NCBI RefSeq assembly: GCF_006345805.1
Contig: NC_043012.1
Coordinates: forward strand, 49,910,001-49,974,000
Reading direction: 5' to 3'
Source of the DNA: Octopus sinensis
Lineage: Eukaryota
Length of the DNA stretch: 64,000 nt
The stretch's first letter is position 1, and each line of letters begins with the position of its first letter. Positions 39,735-53,815 of the stretch are shown here, piece after piece. The position numbers and the translations under genes were made by a program. The notes under the pieces were generated by a model. That model saw only the letters and a list, made by a program, of their open reading frames with translations, was not told the DNA's origin and did not search any database.

Positions 39735-39880
39735 GTGAAGGTAAATATGGCTGCATGATATGAAGTTTGCTTCCTAATCACATCGTGATGCACTTTGGAC
39801 AAGTGTCTCTTAACTATAGCCTCCGGCTCCCCAAAGCCGTGTATCCAGATTTGGTAAACTAAAACGGAAAGAAGTCTGAC

Positions 39881-39925
<45 letters not shown>

Positions 39926-40115
39926 TATATATGTATGTGTGTGTGTCCACGCGCGCGTGTCTGTAAGTCTTTGTGTCGGTGTTTGTTACCCGTTTGTGAT
40001 GTGTTTAACCGTAAATAAGCAGTTCGACAAAAGGATAAATCCTGGGATCGTTTTCTCCGACTAAAATCTTTTCACGCCGTGCTCCAAGTCCGCAGTCAAA
40101 TGACTGAAACAAAAA
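39735..40115 (+). mobile_element. SINE family A, diverged
   Basis: ctttggacaagtgtct..actatagcctc..., internal TA/TG tract and ccgcagtcaaatgactgaaac tail. Confidence 0.8.
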
Positions 40116-40148
40116 TGATGAAGGAATATACATACATACATACATGCA

Positions 40149-40181
<33 letters not shown>

Positions 40182-40679
40182 GTATGTATGTATGTATGTA
40201 TGCATGTTTGTATGTATGTAATAAATTTAATAAATGAGAAAAGAAGAAAGGAAAAACACTCGATTTACCACTGGTTTTCAATATGTACGCAATATGGCAG
40301 AGAAAAACTATTCATAACCCAAAGGGTAAATATATTCAATATACAAAAAATAACAGCAAGTGGAGATTTACGATTCAGGTATTTTAAATATGATTTATTA
40401 AGAAATTATATTAGAATAAATTATGTTAATAAATTATATTTAAGATATGTGAATCGTAATTCTCCATTTTCTTTTGATTTTTGTGTGTGTGTGTATATAT
40501 ATATATATGCATGTATGTATATATATATGTAATTCTCCATTTTCTTTTAACTGTTGTATATATATATATATATATACCGTATATTTTGTTTCGAATTTGT
40601 GTCAATGTGTATAGAATTATATATAAGTTGAATAAAGTTAAAACATATTCTGGATTTCACCATTTTTATTTTGGCATAT

Positions 40680-41330
40680 TAACAAAATTAGCGCTTTCAT
40701 GCGTAGTGTATTCATCAGATTTCAAATGTGTTTAAATAACAGTTGAGTTTTTGAGAACTATACCATCCCTTAGAACGCTCCTATCAACTGAATTTTTATA
40801 ATACAATTTTGATCAATCTGCATGCTGTTACACATCATAGCCAGGCGTATCGATATTGGTTTTTATATTATTGCTGTTATTTCCGTGCAGAATAGGTTTG
40901 AACAATTTAATTTTATGTAACTTCCAACCTCGGTTCCGTCATGCAATTTGTGGAAAGGAAAAAAATTAGAAACATTTTCTAACCAGATGTCTCTATGTGT
41001 TCGCCCAATGGAAGATGGCGGACATTGGTGCTCCAGATTCTTTGTTTGTGGACTCGTGAGCGTTCCGATAAAGCATTCCCTGCTTTGCTTCTATATAATT
41101 CCTCGCAATTCGGGCATTTAATGCAGCAGATCAAATTTCTGATATTGCAGTCCATATCTGCAATTGTGGAAATCTGTCCATTTTTTATTCTAATGGATCT
41201 GCCCGCATGCATATATTGACACGCCCCACATTTGCTATCATTACATTTGGATATTGTTATCCCGTTTGTTCTTCTTGAATTTTGCCTTTGTACTTCAGAG
41301 AAATGTTGCATATTGTTACTGTTCCACTTT
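40680..41330 (-). mobile_element. Penelope-like (Neptune-type) 3' fragment: Cys-rich linker, GIY-YIG endonuclease and HHR-bearing tail
   Basis: CNDSKCGACQY...MDCNIRNLICCIKCPNCEELY..AGNALSERSRVHKQRI...LGEH, then FPFHK and KLFKPIL-like C-terminal remnants. HHR about 250 bp downstream on the same strand. Confidence 0.85.
40684..40723 (-). ncRNA. Minimal type I hammerhead ribozyme
   Basis: GAAAU CUGAUGA AUAC-ACUAC-GCAU (one A.C mismatch) GAA AGCGCU (palindromic stem III) A / AUUUU. CUA triplet, predicted cut between 40689 and 40688. Confidence 0.72.
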
Positions 41331-41714
41331 TATAGTACACACACATATACATAAACAAACAAACACACATACACATACAGAAACACACACGTGCTTAAAT
41401 TTAGATGTATACATATGCATATAAATATGCTTAAAGAGACAATATTCACATATCATCTGAGGAAACGCAACTAGATCTCATAATGCAGGGTAACGGTTGC
41501 ATAATAAAGTACCAACATGCCAAGAAAACTACGTTGGGCAGAAACAATAGTAGCGATTGAAAATATATGTCCAACCGTACTTATTCTTGGTGAATCCAAT
41601 TTTTTTCAGTCATATGTTCACACACGACAAAAGCCCAGGCGCCCACCTGAAAGTATGTGTAATACTGTTACAAGATAGGACAGGGTGAAATCTGAAGGTT
41701 GGCTAGGTCTGTAC

Positions 41715-42490
41715 TCTACTCTACTACGCTCTTAATAGAATATACCATAAGAATATATGCATGTATATATACATACATACATATATACATAATACATACA
41801 TACATATATGCATATATATATATATGTATATATACATACATACATATATACATACATTTATACATATATATATATGTATATACATACATATATACATACA
41901 TATGCATATATATACATATACCACACCCCTCACCCACATACCTCACCCCTATCCCACACCCCTCCCCACATACCTCACCTCTAACCCCACCACCCACTCT
42001 ACCCCAAATCCAAGCCAAACCCACACACCACACTACACTACACCCTACAACATCACATGCCCCCCTTCTCCCCACAACATCACAACACACCTCCCACACA
42101 CCCATCCACACATATTCACACTAACACATACATACACACACACGTCCAAACCACCAGCCCTTCGTCACGCACATACATACTCTCTTATGCACACACGCAC
42201 CTTTGTGTTGGGGGCACCTTCGTGTTGGAGGTCATCTTGACCTTGTTGTCTCCCCTACCTTCCCGTCTGACAATTCTGTCCGAGGCAGACGCCATGATAG
42301 ATCGCTACTACACACATTTTTTCTCTCCTTTTTTCTCTCCTTGTTTTTTCTGTGTACCTTTCTGTAGAAGAGCGTAGGCTCAAAACGTAAAATACTTTTT
42401 TTCTATTCCTGAGCGCTATACTAATACATCTGATTGTTTGTACACCACCTGCCTTCGTCTTTTGTTTATTTTCGTAAAATTTCCCTTTAT
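41715..42490 (+). mobile_element. PLE-type repeat family E with C/A-rich degenerate tract and degenerate HHR
   Basis: Reverse-complement homologue of 59715-60410 (ccacatacctcacctcta tract; gccatgatagatcg; gaagagcgtagg/actc.aaacgt; gagcg.tatactaatac). Confidence 0.65.
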
Positions 42491-43783
42491 ATATATATAC
42501 ACACACATACAAGCATACATACATACATACATACATGTGCGTGTGTGTGTGCGTTTGCCTATATTTGTTGAGGAATTCATGTTTACTAAAAAGATCTTTA
42601 ATTTTATAAACTCTACACATACTATTCTGTACCTAATCGCACATAGAAAGCAGAACTAAATATATTGGTTTCAAATTTGTGCACAAGATCAGATATTCCA
42701 GGGAAGTGATTAAATAGATTTGATCGACCTCAGTGTTTAACTGCTACTTATTTTATCAAACCAGAAAGGATGACAATAAAGAAGAACGAAACAGCGCAGA
42801 GCATTTTGCCTGCTTTAATTAAGATTCTGCTTGCGCACTGGCCTGGGACAAATAAATATATAGCAATAACATATATCTAGACTTCACTTCCAACTTAATT
42901 TGAGATATTTTCGTTCAATTGTTGCACAGTTTTATTTTCTCATCAACATCCAAGTTTTCCACAGAACTATGCACGAGTTAGTCTCTCTTGACTTCATAGA
43001 GATTGTTAAAATGTTAGAAAATGAATATATAATTAAACATAGACGCACATAGAGATATACGCATGCGCAAATGAAGACACATACAATAGAAATACATAAT
43101 GGCTGACGGTTAGTAAGGAGAGACACACAAATAAGAAAGAAGAAAACAAAGGACCACTGATGCGGTCACAGGAGTGTGACGAAAGAACTCTGGCCGAAAT
43201 AAGATTAAGATTAATGTAAGAAATAAATAACACTGAAGCAAAGTAACACCAAATATATAGTGCGTGTGTTTTTATTGCCTAAACTGGCAAAATGACCATT
43301 CCGAAATACAACAATGTATGTTTCAACACACGACTTCACATAAAAAATCTTGCACCACAAATATATAATATTGTTTCGATTAAGATCGCTGAAGAAAACG
43401 TTCGTGTGTCTCTCATAATAGATATTGGTGTTTTAGTTTTAGACAATTGTAAGCTAAGTATGTACTATCTATATAGTTCAATTCAACATGCATGTATACA
43501 TGTATGAGTACGAATATTTCTAGCATGTATGTGAGCGTTTATGTTTACATGTGTGTGTGTGTGTGTGTGTTAATATGTGTGTTTGTACGCGCATGTGTGT
43601 GTGTATCATATATACTCGCAACACTTTCCAAATGAAACTGAAAACGCCGTATGTGATATATATACACACAGAGTATAAAATTTATTATTTTTATGTGGAG
43701 TAACGCTACACAAGTACAATAAAATTCAAATTTTCTGTTAGAAATTGTGTGAGAGTGCGTTAGTGTGTTTGTATGTATGTCTG

Positions 43784-43839
<56 letters not shown>

Positions 43840-44148
43840 CTCTCTATATATATATATGCTTGTGCTAGCGAACATATATATGTATACGTCAATTGTATGC
43901 GTGTGTATATTTGTGTTTATGTAAGTGAACGTGTTATACGTTGAACATGAGGCTGAAATCAAACTTCATTCTATCTGATAAGAATAATTAATAAAAAACA
44001 ATTCTGGTATATTTCATTTGTCATTTATAATCTATCAATATCATTTTTTCATCATATTTTATGTTTTTTTTATCTTTACAAGATTGTCCAAAAATATCTT
44101 GATATCTTTCCCGATTGTGTATGAAATATGTTCTATTGTAACATTATC

Positions 44149-44179
<31 letters not shown>

Positions 44180-44286
44180 TTGATATGTATTTATGTATGT
44201 GTGACTATGTTTATAGATACATATATACGTACATGCATACATATATATATATATATATATATATAGATATGTATACACTCACACAC

Positions 44287-44323
<37 letters not shown>

Positions 44324-44520
44324 TACATAAGTTTATGCGCATATAAATGTGTATATTTATCTTATTGTTTTTGTCTGTGCGTGTGTGTGCGCGCGTTTAT
44401 TCGTATGTTTGTTAAGACTTAGGAAGTTTTTTGCGATGTACTTTTATTTGTATATTTTCTTTCCGATATAATATATACATGCATTATATATATATATATA
44501 TATAATATTATATATATATA

Positions 44521-44603
<83 letters not shown>

Positions 44604-45189
44604 CATATACGTATACACATACGCACACATATTTACGTTGATAGAGTGAGTCTCAGGCTGGACATAAACTAGACATATAAAGTGCGCGGGAAACTGATGT
44701 TCGAGATCGGAACAATGTGAAAAGGTGCTGTTAGGATTGGTTGCAATGCCTGGGAGGAAAAGATGATTCAGTACTCTGAGCTTAAAAGATCCCTTTCGCA
44801 AAGGAGCGACTGGAACTGTAATCAACAGTGAACATTGGATATTTATTATATGTGATCGGGTTCTGTTGCCAAAAGCAAGATACGTGAATCACATGAAGTC
44901 ACATGAAAATTAAAATGCCTCGGTATGTAATAATTTTCCTCACCAACCGCATCTTAGGACTTTTGTTATATGTCACAAAACTTGTTAGACAACATCTGAA
45001 CTTCAGACGCATATGCTAAATCACAAAATGTTCATTCCAAAGAGCAAAGGTTTAGAAGAAACTTGAATAATACCTGTGACAGTTAGCTGCTGTCTTAAAA
45101 GACATCTGAGGACTCATCAACAGCTTGATTGTGCTTGTGATGCGGTGTGGTATGTGTATTGACGGGTCGGCTATCTGTCAAGATGAAGC

Positions 45190-45220
45190 AATCATCATCG
45201 TCATCATCATCATCATCATC

Positions 45221-45270
<50 letters not shown>

Positions 45271-45305
45271 ATTCATCATCATCATCATCATCATCACCAC
45301 CACCA
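45190..45305. repeat. (ATC)n microsatellite
   Basis: Direct reading; source of the poly-D, S and I ORFs. Confidence 0.97.
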
Positions 45306-45761
45306 CCACCATATATATATATATATATAAATATGTATGCACTCACGTGTGTGTATATGTGTAGTGTGCATGATGTAAAACGGCACTAAGATATGAATGA
45401 TAAACTCATCTTTATCCCAAATTATCCAGATTCGTATCTAAAGTGAGTAATGCAATAATGCAGCAATACTCATCATTTTACAGTGATGAGAACTCACTCA
45501 CTTGGCAGCGACTTCTGTCTATATCTTGGACTACTTCTTTCTTCAGAAGTGTGTCTTTAGAGATTCAAATCAGCCATCTGTTGTTCGTATGTGTATAATT
45601 ATTCTTATCCGTAACGTTCAATATTTTGATTAATAGTCAATACAATTGACTACCATTCCTCCGATGCTGTCGATACGGTAGCATGACTATGTAGGTTTCT
45701 CTTGGAATTGATTTTTGTGTACTATCTTGCGCTGTTGAAAACCACTTATCTCTAATAGAAA

Positions 45762-45838
45762 TAATAATAATAATAATAATATAATAATAATAATAATAAT
45801 ATAATAATAATAATAATATAATAATAATGATAATAATA

Positions 45839-45869
<31 letters not shown>

Positions 45870-45910
45870 TAATGATAATAATAGTAATAATGATGATGAT
45901 GATGATGATA
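45762..45910. repeat. (AAT)n/(GAT)n microsatellite
   Basis: Direct reading. Confidence 0.95.
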
Positions 45911-46317
45911 CATCACTGTAGATTTGGCACAAGGCCAGTATGTGTAAGTTGGTGGGGGTGTTAGTCAATGCCATCAACTTTTGTTACGTTTTTTTTTCAC
46001 CCAAAATTTTGTCCTCAGCAGGATTTGAACTCATTGAATAGACAGTCAAGAAATACTGCTGTGTATTTTGTTCAACGCGGAAGCGTCTCTGCCACTTCGC
46101 CAAAGCTTTCTTTACGAAATGTTTTTTTTTTAAACCCAAAATAATGATTTACTTCCAAGATAAGATATTTATTTGCGTAGGAAATATCACATCCATCAAC
46201 TATAACAGACACGATTGCTGATGATGAACCACTATTCGAGCCATGGTCATCTCTTCTCTTTGTGCGGGGACTGTGCAAGTATATGTTTACAATATTATGC
46301 ATGGTGTGTAGGCGGTG

Positions 46318-46505
46318 GGCTGCCAGAATGTAAAGTACCCGGAGCAAAATGCCGCTAGGTATTTTTCCTGTCTTTACTTTCTGTGTTCAAATGCCACCGC
46401 AGTTAACTTTTCTTTTCGAGGGTTGATAAAATAGTACTGGGTTCTATCTAAATAAGTTGGCCCCACTCTCCCAAAATTGCTGGCCTTTCGTCTAAACTTT
46501 AAGCC
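46318..46505 (+). mobile_element. SINE family B-related, old copy (related fragments at 45915-46045 minus and 48938-49130 plus)
   Basis: gtctttac.ttctg.gttcaaatgccaccg...gggttgataaa..agtac...ccccactctcccaaaattgctggcc. Confidence 0.65.
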
Positions 46506-47850
46506 ACTATTATGCATGATGTACCATGTTGTTTTTAAGACACTAAATTACATATTGAGAGAGATTACTAAGTTAAGTTAAGTTTCATTATTGACTCGAA
46601 AATTGTATAACAAAGGAAAACTCCGTAGAGCTGTTGTGATGATTCCTTCTATGTCACTGTGGACCTATTTTTAAAAGTTGAAATCTCTCCCAAGTGAAAC
46701 GACATTGTCCTTTAAGTGGTTAAGTTCAATAAAGGACCAGCAAATACCTGAGTCGATATTATAAACTACTGTTCCTTATACATTCTCAATACGAGAATAA
46801 AAGACTACTGATTGCTTCCAGACATTTCTAGTCAATATTGCATAAAACTATGCAGGTTTCTCCTTTGATAATAATACATGAACACATAGGGTGATGAAAT
46901 CGGTAGAGTCGAAAAGTCCAAAGTTTAGTTCGTATGAAATTCTCTTTAATTTCAAAATGAAAACTAAACTTTACGAAATATATAAGGTAAGTGCACGACT
47001 GGAATAACGGATTATATAACCGCAGTGCAAAGAAGGTCCTTATAATCTGAACGACGGTGCTGTAGAAATCCAATTATTTTAACCTGAAACGTCACAGTTT
47101 CTGTTGCTTACAATAAATAATATTATTGTTACAAACATTTCTCTTAGGAATTATTACGGCTTTGTGCCGGCATACTGAGAATCGGGGCAATCCTCAGCTT
47201 ATCAATCAATTTGCCTTGTGTTATTTGTTCCATTTTTATTCTGTGCGTGCGTTCTGAGTTCAGATCATACCGAGGACAAATGTCAATTTTCATATTTCTA
47301 TTACAAATAAAGAAAAGACGATTATAAGGTGGGTGGTATTAGTATAATCAGTAGATTGGCGGATGGGGTGTCTTGGTATAGTTGTTCACATGTTTCCGTT
47401 TTGATTTTTAGTACAACATTATAATATACGGTATTAAACTGAACACCAAACATAAGCCTACTGTATGTGTGACTACAACTAAAGAATATGTCGCAGATCG
47501 CGGAATGGAAGGTTTATTTTTTCTCTTTGTGCAGAATTAAAAATTACTAGGATGCTGAAGTATATATCATTTTCCGTGGGGAAAAAAAAAGAAAAGGAAA
47601 ATAATTGAAAGACTTAAGCCTCTAATGAAAATTGAGATTATTCCAAAGGTGTGAGAGACTTCAAGATTTGAAGTTCGGCGTATCCGAATCACTGTAGATA
47701 TTCATCATATATAAACAAATTTGTGATATATTATACATGCTATCACCATTTTGTTGATTGCATATTGATTTAAGGGTCATTTTACTTAAGTTATATACAT
47801 GCATACACACACACACACACATACACACACACACACATATCACATTATAA

Positions 47851-48078
47851 CGAGCTGGCAGAATCGTTAGCACGCCGGGCGAAATGCTTACCGGTATTTC
47901 GTCTGCCATTACGTTCTGAGTTCAAATTCCGCCGAAGTCAACTTTGCCTTTCATAATTTGGGGGGACGATTAAATATGTACCATTTACGCACTGGGGTCG
48001 ATATAATCGACTTAATCCTTTTGTCTCTCTTGTTTTTTTCCTTTCTATGTTTAGCCCCTTGTGGGCAATAAAGAAATA
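47851..48078 (+). mobile_element. SINE family B, full length
   Basis: cgagctggcagaatcgttagcacgccgggcgaaatgctta...gagttcaaattccgccga.gtc.actttgcctttcat...tagccccttgtgggcaataaagaaata. Confidence 0.9.
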
Positions 48079-48103
48079 TATATACATATATATGCATATA
48101 TAC

Positions 48104-48137
<34 letters not shown>

Positions 48138-49339
48138 ATGTGTGTGTATGTCTGCGTGTGTAAGTATATATATATATCCACCTATCTATCTGTCAATCAA
48201 TCTACACACACACACACACATATACACACATATATATATATATATATAACATTCATTTTATGATTGATTTCACAAAAGGGAGACTATATTTTGTTAAATA
48301 AGGCATTTCGTATAAGATGTCTTTCTTGTGTAATCCACTTGAATACGCATTAATGCTAGAGATAATTATTTATCAGGTGGCAATCAATAAGTAAACTTTC
48401 ACCACCAAACACTTTCACCAATAATTATTGTTTTCATTCACCTCATCATAAATTCATTCATTCCATCGACTGCAACATGCCAATGATTAAGAGCCTAGAC
48501 TATTTAAATTATAAAGATACAGTTGTGAAACGTATCGACCTGAAGTGGTGTCACCAGCTTCAGACGTTTTGACCTTATTGATCCTCCTCATTCCGATAAA
48601 GTCTTATTACTAAGAGTTCGTCTCTAATCAATAGAATGTGTCGTATCTAAGGAAAGAAAATGGCCAAAATATGAAGACTTTTAGAAGCCAATAAGATAAG
48701 CATTTCATATTTATTTATATACTTATACGTTGACACGTTATATGTAGATATTGCGCTTGTTAAAGATATTCAGGTTATAATTTCTTAGATTCTACTATTA
48801 CTACTATTCTAAACAGAGAAAATTATATCTGTATATTATTTAACGTTACGATTTATAGAATATCTTTTCCATGTTAGATATTATTTGTGCTTAACATGCC
48901 ATCATATGAGTTTCATATTAACATCCAATTCGTCCGTGAGGAGGCTGAATCGTTAGCCCACCGGACACAATATTTAGCAGTGTTTCCCCCGTCTTTAAGT
49001 TCTGAGTTCAAATGCCACCGAAATCGACTTTGTCTTTCATTATTTCGTAGTCGTTGTTAAAGTACCAGTTGAGGACTGGAGTCGATATAATCGTTCATCC
49101 CCACCTCCCTCAAAGCTGCAGGCCATGAGTTTTTTGCAGAAATGGCATTTAGCTTCCTTTTGACAAAAGTAGTGTAGTAGAAAAATAATGTGTTGACTAA
49201 TTAATATTTAGTTTCATTATACTGCGTCGAGAGTTGAAGCTCTTCAGAGGACTTAGCATTTATAACCACTTGTTGCCCGATGAAATATATATACCAGAGT
49301 TCGAAATATTAGTTAATGAAAAGCCTCATCTACTTTTGA

Positions 49340-49690
49340 AATCATAGATGACAGAGGTTACGATACATAAGAAACTGATCTTCAAGTCACTTTATGCAAA
49401 ACACCCATCTTCTTTCCGGCACATCATCAAAAGTGAAGCTTCTGAGTTGGCTACTACCTACTTATGGAGTTTGAAGACCACCTGCACACCAGATACAATC
49501 AAGTGGAGAATCTTCCTGAAATCCATGACATATGTAAATGGATCTAATAATTGCAGCTTATGCCTAGCTGAAAGATCGAACATTCGTCTTTTAGAGGCAA
49601 GAAACCTATCACACTACTTAATACTAGATCCGAAATTTTCAGCGAAGGCAAACATATTCTCAAATTACATTTAACGAACTGGGGGATACA
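49340..49690 (+). mobile_element. PLE GIY-YIG C-terminal relic (type with a CxLC motif)
   Basis: FKSLYAKHPSSFRH...SELATTYLWSLK...IKWRI...YVNGSNNCSLCLAERSNI fits the FKxRYxNHxxSF...LSxYIWxLK...IxWxI...CxLCxxEKxxI pattern of PLE endonucleases. Confidence 0.78.
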
Positions 49691-49894
49691 ACGCTTTCAG
49701 GATTGAGCAACTGTCTCGCGAAGTTTGACATTCTTCCCGTTAATTATTATACAACTTGTTTAATTATAACTTCTACAATTATAACTTTCTCTTTTCTTTT
49801 CCCGTTCTTATTCACTCTTTTTCATATCATTCCGCTTTTGGATCTCGATTTTTTGTGGTATCTTATCTATCTGCGTTTTAATTTTCAAATAGAA

Positions 49895-50140
49895 CCATAC
49901 AATTTCAAAATAAGGTGATTAAATAAAAATAAACAACAAGGTTATCCAGAGGTAATGCAGTACGATCGTTTCAAGCAACTCCATTTAATTGAACAATGCA
50001 ATAATTACATTAATTTAAATGCAATATAATGATTGCATTGTTCAGTTAAATGGAGTTGATTGAAGCGATCGTACTGCCTTACCTCTGGATATAATTGTTA
50101 CTAATTTTAATTTTAATCACCTTATTTTGAAATTGTATGG
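49895..50140. repeat. Foldback, about 108-bp arms with a 29-nt spacer
   Basis: Arm 49895-50002 is the reverse complement of 50032-50140 with scattered mismatches. The arms carry the HHR 3' half GAAACGAUCGUA. Confidence 0.85.
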
Positions 50141-51097
50141 ATAATACCGTACTAAATTCTGGTGCCATAACCTAAGTACCATATTCATCTGAATGATAAC
50201 AGTAGGTGTTGACTCTCGTATCTTGCGAAAAGATTGAAGACCCACTCGTACATTTGATAATCAAATGAGGGAAAATACATAGAAAATGATAGAGAGCTTT
50301 TCTGCTGTTTTCCTCACTTCTGAAAAAAAATTTAATTTGTTTGGAAAAGCCTCTACGCCTTGGAAGCAATCAAGTTGCGTGTTTTTAACTTTCCTTATCT
50401 AACTTCTCGGTGAAAGACTATAGATCCTTGCAGATTGAAATTTAAAGCTTTCGACTTCTCAAAAATCCGATAATATAAAACCATATTGGATATAATTTTC
50501 ATTATATTTTCGTTTTGATGAGATGGACATTTTATTCTGGTGTTCGTCTTGCTTACTACGACTCATATTTCTGAGGTTTCAATAAAAATTTGTCCATGTT
50601 TAAATCTAAAACTAAAAATCGATTAAAATTAATATAAAATAATTTATGTGCACTATAAAATAAAAAATGAAAAACTACTGGGACTACTAAACAATTCACT
50701 TACAGATAAACCCGGTTTAAAATCAGAAATATAATATATTGTAGTAAAACTATAGTTCGTCATGTAATATAATTGATTTATATTTATCGTATTTTAAGAT
50801 TTATATAATTATATTTATATAATTATATATTTAGGCTCCATCTTTGGACTGTTCTTGCTTGGATCGTTGCTTCAGGAAAATCCAGAAAGTGTTTTTTGAA
50901 GCTCTCCAGGAATCTCTCACGACACACCGCTGTGCTGCGGCACAGTTTCTCACACAATGCTCTAGATGAATTATATATAATCGCAGGTTCGAGCCTGGGA
51001 AGAGATACGTTTAACATTAATAAACTTCCTTTGTAACTACAGAATGAAAACAACGTATTTAGGTCTTAAACCAAAAACGTACACACAGAAACACACA

Positions 51098-51315
51098 TTC
51101 TTTATCTTTTACTCGTTTCAGTTAATAAAACACGGTCATACTGCAGCACCGACTTAAAGTGATTTAGTCGAGAAAAACGCTTCCATAACTTATTTTTAAA
51201 ACTTGGTATTCTATCGATCTTTTATTGTCGATCCGCTAGGTGACAAGGCCGTAACACACCAACACCGACTCTCAAGCGGTGGTTCGATAGAAACACAGAT
51301 ACAAAGACACACACA
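51098..51315 (-). mobile_element. SINE family A, 3' half (further pieces at 52755-52810 plus, 54950-55150 minus, 57745-57890 plus)
   Basis: Reverse complement of the family tail (tactcgtttcagt...cacggtcatactgcagcacc.ac) and body. Confidence 0.75.
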
Positions 51316-51395
51316 CATACACATGCATTTATTCTGGCAAGTAGAGGGATAACATGTATATAGAGTGATACATATATTCAAGTTTGTATACACAC

Positions 51396-51434
<39 letters not shown>

Positions 51435-51939
51435 CATATACATATGTACACACATACATACACTTACATATATACACATATACACACGCACACACGTACA
51501 CATACACACACGCACACAGACACGCACACACACATATATATATACATACATTGTCATGACGACGACGTAATAATGATAATAATAATAATGATAAAGTGAT
51601 TCTCAGGGCTTCTGATCAGGACGAAATGTAGTGGGGATCATCATAATTATGTGTTGAAAGGAATTCTTTCGAGGTTTGGATAATTCACCTCTGGATACAT
51701 GAGTTTTTCGTTCATAATCCTTATTCAGATGCATTTTGAAGAAAATTCCAATTGGGCCCACCTGGAATGGATGAATTAGATAAAATGATAAATGAAATGA
51801 AGCCGTTCGGCCCCACCTCCGAGCGACTTCATTGGACCTTTTTAATACAACATTTTTTAAAAACATTATGTGTAACCGTTAATTTTCATCTTTCCGAAGA
51901 TGTCTATGTTAAATTCTTTAAAAGTTCAAAATAACCTAT

Positions 51940-52720
51940 ACAAAGTCCTTCTATACATGTTCCTATACTCTCGAAAGATACTCTGGGTCTGCCACCGCAC
52001 ACTGAAGGTACTCGGGCATTCCCCTAAATTCTGTTATATTCACTTTATCTCTCTGTCCCATGAGTTTATCCCATTATGAAGTTTTTCTTTTTGTCTGTTG
52101 CACAGTATATTTTTCATAATTGACAAAGGTGTGGAAGTTTGGGGCTCCTGAGTGCTCGTGCTTGTCTTTGTGTCAAGTAGGACATGGAGATGGTTGGTGT
52201 CTGTAGGGGAAGAGTGGGTGTGGGCGGGTGTCAGATGGGTGTGGGATGGGGTTATCATTTAAAAAGTGTGCTATTTTCCTTCTCTTCTTTTTCCCAGCCG
52301 TTTCCTTGCCGTTCTTTTCCTCCTTCACCTTCACTTCCCCGGCGCTGCTACTGGTTTTGTCGGTGATGAAGTCGCAATTTCGTTCCTGCTTTCGGGTTTC
52401 TTTTTAGTCTTCATGGGTGGCGGAGGACAGTCCGCACTGATGTGACCTTTCAGGCTACACTTATAACACCGCGGAATACTGCCTTCTACTCTGACTGAGT
52501 GTTACATCTTCGACCGTGATGGTCTCGACCATGGTTTCAAGGTCTCTGGGGCCGCCAGGATTATCATATCTAGGCCCTGCCCTTGCAGTTCTTATGAGTG
52601 GTTCTGGTGGGCTGGTGGACCACTACCTTCTCTTCCGTGCCTAGCAGTATGCAGGTGCTAGCCAGGCTATATCAATTTCTGGGGTGTATATCTTCTACCA
52701 TAACGCTGGATGTGAACTCA
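51940..52720 (-). pseudogene. Tx1/L1-like LINE ORF1 relic with CCHC zinc knuckle
   Basis: The minus strand reads EIDIAWLA...LETMVETITVEDVTL.VRVEGSIPRCYKCSLKGHISADCP (CX2CX4HX4C at 52427-52468), followed by a Pro/Lys-rich tail. Frameshifted. Confidence 0.8.
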
Positions 52721-53149
52721 TAGAAAGGTGTACTAGCAACATTAAGCATGACTTAAGGCGGTACTCCAGCGTCGCGACAGTCAAATGACTGAAACAAGTA
52801 AAAGAGTAAGAGCATACACATATCAGCATACATACGCCTATGTATTCGTATACAAATATGTGTGTGTGTTGTGTCTGTGTGAGAGGTATGCAATGAGCTA
52901 CGTAGTCTTAGAGCATTTGCTTATAAGATATAGTCAACTCACAGCTGAGTGTGAGTGCACCACTTTAAACCAGAGTTAGCTGTAAGCTAATCAATTTCTT
53001 TGCATAGATTTCTGTTCCTTTGTCAATTATTTCATTTCATATTACGCTCTGTACACGGATAAAACTTTATTCGGAAGCATATGTGTACAGAGTTCTACCA
53101 CCAAGTTAATAGTATCACAATGCGTAAGTGAAATACCGACGTACTTACG

Positions 53150-53196
<47 letters not shown>

Positions 53197-53617
53197 TATT
53201 TATATACATTTATGTCATATGTGTATGTTGTGTGAATGTGTTTGTGTGTATATTTGAGTTTATGTTGGTATACTGTGTTCGGTCTGAGCGAATTATATAC
53301 TCTAAACCCTCTGAATTTCTTTGATGTAATAAGAAAACGACTTACACAATGTTCCCTTTTGCCAATGTTTATCGATTTTTCAATCATAATTGGTCTCGAA
53401 CATAATTTGATGAATACGTTCACTCACTTAGACACACACAAGTACTAACACACAAATACACACACACACGCATGCACGCACGCGCGCACATGCACACACA
53501 CACATATCATGCACAAACCAGTTATTCAGAAATAACACGTACACGTACTAAACCAGAAACTGAGTGCGATATACTTTGCAAAATTCAGTTTTAGTATATA
53601 TATGTAGGAGCGTTTGC

Positions 53618-53676
<59 letters not shown>

Positions 53677-53687
53677 ACATATATATA

Positions 53688-53815
<128 letters not shown>

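Noticed and set aside
46210-46255. CUGAUGA-U-GAA..UUC-GAG-CCAUGG-UC hammerhead-like string
   Set aside because: GAAA is broken at two positions and stem I does not pair, so it is at best a dead remnant.
48563-48600. Minus-strand AUGAGGA-GGAUC..GGUC-AAAACGUC
   Set aside because: Two core positions are mutated and stem I is weak, so it was not listed as a ribozyme.
50823-51053. RTVQRW-containing minus ORF (possible mariner HTH) and a plus-strand GSIFGLFLLG exon candidate
   Set aside because: Only one short motif each, and the plus frame hits a stop after about 21 codons.
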